64,000 bases of DNA, taken from assembly GCA_000708835.1 (NCBI GenBank), contig DF237149.1, positions 83,939 to 147,938 on the forward strand, in the 5' to 3' direction. Origin of the DNA: Klebsormidium nitens. Lineage: Eukaryota > Plantae > Klebsormidiophyceae. The notes under the pieces are model-generated. The model was not told the DNA's origin. It did not search any database and saw nothing but the letters and a program-made list of their open reading frames with translations. The position numbers and the translations under genes were made by a program. Position 1 is the first letter of the stretch, and each line of letters starts with the position of its first letter. Of this stretch, positions 60,754 to 64,000 are shown in pieces.

Positions 60754-62161
60754 AGACCGCAGCCTCTGGGGGTGGCGGCGGGTCTGCTAGAAGGTCCTTG
60801 AGAAGCCGTTGTGTTAGATACTGGTCTCCCAGATCTCTCTGCCGTGTTCGTGTTGGTTGACAAACGGCTTGTGCGAATGGGGTTGCATGCTGAAGTGTAC
60901 ACACACTGTGGCACAGAGTAGCAAGCTTCTCGTCTCGTACCCCGCCTTCTTAAAAGATATCTTTCCTTCATATTGACCGGCCTTTCGTCCGCCTTTCGTC
61001 GGTGTTGCAGCAGTGGCCTGGGAGGAAGCAGAGGAAGCCGCGAAACTGAGCTCAGTGTTAAGAAGTGCCTCGTCCCCGTACTCTGGACTGAACCATTTGG
61101 ATCGTCAAAGCTTTGGGGTACTGCTTACTCAGAATGGTCCTAGACTCCTAAGCTCTCTTGCAAGCAGGCTGTGTACATTGAAATCCCACTTCTGATGGGG
61201 TTTTCACTCGAGTTGTAGCCTCGTTGCCTAATTCAATATGCAATCAGGGCCCACTGCCGGGAGCCGCATGCTTCAACAGGTTTTTTTGAAGCTGCGATCA
61301 GGGCATTATCGAATTGAGGAGACTGCACAACTCTCCTGACAATCACATCATCATGTGGGCCGCCAGTATACACATTCATCACTACAATACTTCTGGTACT
61401 CAAATATTACTCGCAGGGCCAGCAATGTCAACCGACTGATGACTTGCCGTCTATGGCCCGTGCCTCGGAGGCCTGAGCCTGAGGCCCACCCCGTGTTACC
61501 CGGATATGCGTTTATAACGCCCTTCTAGCCGAAGAAATTCCACCGAGATATTGCTTCATTGCTTCATTGCTGCATATATAACGAAATACCAAGTTGGATC
61601 GACATGGGCCGAGAATTTCCCTGGAGATTATAAAAAGCCACTAGCTTGCAATGATGGGCTCCTTAACTGGGCAGCCCGCATCAAGGCTATCATTTTCGCA
61701 TCACATGAATCATGCATGCGAGTCAGTCGTTGCTGGACGGTGCCATGGCGCGCTTATATAGCTAAGCTCGAAACACATCGAATAAATATAGCACCGGCTC
61801 TAGAGCCGACGTACCGTCCTAGTACGAGGTAATCTGCGACCTCCGTACATGCCTTACAGCACTCTCGAGACGTATCAATCCGATCCGCCGGCCAAGCAGA
61901 ACTGGCACAACTGTCGCGGAACATGCTCGAATGCTCATAAGTTCAAGAACGTAAGTCATAGTGTCAAATTACATATGCTAAATCGGTCTTCGTGGTTCCA
62001 AGATATAAATACAGTATGGTTTCTTCGATGGCTTGTTCGACGTATTGGCCCGCCTAGCTTGCATGCTGAGCTTTTTGTGTCGGTCTGTCATTGCCTTCGG
62101 TTATCTTCTTATACTTTAATTTGAATATTCCAAGCCGACACATATCTCAAGCGACGATAAC

Positions 62162-63855
62162 TTAACAACTCTCTATCACATCATACCAACGAAGATTCTC
62201 CAGCACCACCGCCGCCTCCCTCCGCACTGCCTCATTCTCACTGGACTTTAGCCTACGGAGCATCTGCATGCTCCCCGGCATTGCAGCTATGGCCCTCGCG
62301 TTTGCTGCTGTGGCCCTCTCGTTTGCTGCACCCCTTGTCAGTGTCCGGAGCACCGATGCTGCTTTCTCTTGCACGCCCTCACTTCCGCTCTCCAACAGGG
62401 TTACCAGTCTCTCCAAGCTCCCCGGCACCTCCGCAATGGCCCCATGAAACCGATCGTCAATTGCCAGTTTCTGGAGCGCCCCTGCCGCAGACGCTTGCAC
62501 GCCCTCGCTCCTGCTCTCCAGTAGGGCCACCAACCTCTGCAAGCTCCCCGGCACTGAAACTATGGCCCTCTTGTTTGTAAAATCGGTCGCCAGGTTTTGG
62601 AGCGTCCACGCTGCTTGCTTTTGCACGGCCTCGCTCCCGCTCTCCAGCAAGGCGACCAACCTCTCCAGGCTCCCCGGCACTGCAGCAATGGCCCTTTGGT
62701 TTGCCACGTCAAGCGCCAGATTGCAGAGCGCCCCGGCTGCAGATGCTTGCACGCCCTCACTTCCGCTCTCCAACAGGGTTACCAGTCTCTCCAAGCTCCC
62801 CGGCACTACAGCTATGGCCCTTTGGTTCGCGGCATCGACCGCCAGATTGCAGAGCGCCCCTGCTGCAGACGCTTGCACGCCCTCACTTCCGCTCTTCAAT
62901 AGTATTACCAGTCTCTCCAAGCCCCCCGGCACTAGAGGTATGGCTCTTTTGATCGCATCGTCCCCATCTGCCAGGTTCCGGAGCGCCCCCGCTGCAATCT
63001 TTTGCACGCCCTCACTCCGGTTCACCAGCAGGCCCACTAACTTATGCAGGCTCCTTGACACTTCCGCTATGGCTTGTTCGTCACGTCAACCGCCAGATTC
63101 TGAAGCGTCCCCGCTGCCTTCATTTGCACGCCCTCGCTCTCATTGTCCAGCAGGCCCACTAGCTTTTGCAGGCTCCCCGGCACCGCGGCAATGGCCTTCT
63201 TGTTAGCCGCGTCGACCGCCAGGTTTTCAAGCTGTTGTAGGGTTTCCAACAAGAGAAAGGAATCATCGGTGTCTAAATCACAGACAAGCCTTATGATTGT
63301 GCTAGATGCCGTATCCTCCTCAGTGCTTCTCCCACCTGTACTTGAAGGGAAGTGTAGAGGGCTGGAAGGTGTGACAGGGGTTCTTGCTGACTGGTTGGAT
63401 GATTGCCACTCGGCAATCTCTACCCTCAGGTCTAACACTCTGATGAGAATTTTGGGGTCAATGGGGACACGATTGACAGGGCACGTGTCATGATTCTTGA
63501 GCCAGCGCTCGATTGCACTCCTCTCATAGACGCGTCCAGAGGTCACAATGACCGGGTCTAACATAATGTCCTTTGTCAGGGGGCACAAGAATCTATCCGG
63601 CGCTGCCGGGGGTTCCAAAGTCATATGCGTCGTTGTGGAAATCAGATCTGCAATCTGCCTCAAATACTCCTCCTCCGACGCCAACTTATGTGCTGCCAGC
63701 ATTTGCTGTTCCTCCCCCATGATGCCCAGTAGCCTAAGCATCTGATCCCTCTCAGCATTGTTTGCTGACACTTCCTCTCGAAAAGCTGCCAGCTCTCTTT
63801 CCGTGAAAACTCCCTGCCTGCTGAGCTCTTGGATTGTAACGGCACGACTGCGCAC
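62162..63855 (-). CDS. U-box E3 ligase with about 8 armadillo repeats, intronless, with one apparent frameshift near 63073
   Basis: U-box PDRFLCPLTKDIMLDPVIVTSGRVYERSAIERWLKNHDTCPV. ARM units of 42 aa (AIAAVPGSLERLV.LLESGSEGVQASAAGALCNLA). The two ORFs (63855-63067 and 63061-62162) abut in different frames. The start codon is uncertain; the first in-frame ATG is at 63741. Confidence 0.85.
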
Positions 63856-64000
63856 CGACTCCCGGCTGCGCGCTGAACTCGCGGCCGCGCATCGTCCGTT
63901 ATTATACGCTATCGACTTATTGAATCACTACACGCCACGTGTCCAGGTTACTGCTTCACCGCGTGACCGTCCGATAACGACCCACGTGCCACCGCGCGCC

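Overview
Intron-rich eukaryotic nuclear DNA with GC3-rich exons, GT-AG introns and two N gaps (22855-23068, 37358-37755). Its style resembles a streptophyte green alga such as Klebsormidium; this is inference only. I rebuilt the gene models by hand from splice sites and frame phases. The main result is one minus-strand gene of 24-25 exons (29019 to 9414, about 1,410 aa, or 1,491 aa with an optional GC-AG cassette exon) in which every splice phase is compatible. It fuses DEP, DEP, a phytochelatin-synthase-like domain with intact Cys/His/Asp triad, a second catalytically degenerate PCS-like domain, a gamma-glutamylamine-cyclotransferase-like domain, an HFCD/PPC-decarboxylase flavoprotein domain lacking the ACG cysteine, and ankyrin repeats. 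This looks like a glutathione/cysteine-processing assembly line in one polypeptide. It sits head-to-head with a secreted SBP56/methanethiol-oxidase-like gene across a GTAC-rich spacer. Other genes: PTH2 (partial), STN1, a P-loop NTPase with a C-terminal membrane anchor, two hypothetical genes, a frameshift-riddled UBXN11-like gene and an intronless U-box/ARM gene with one frameshift. Many introns contain graded, degenerate tandem copies of the neighbouring exon ends and splice sites ('exon echoes'). All coordinates and counts were read by eye; no database searches were run.
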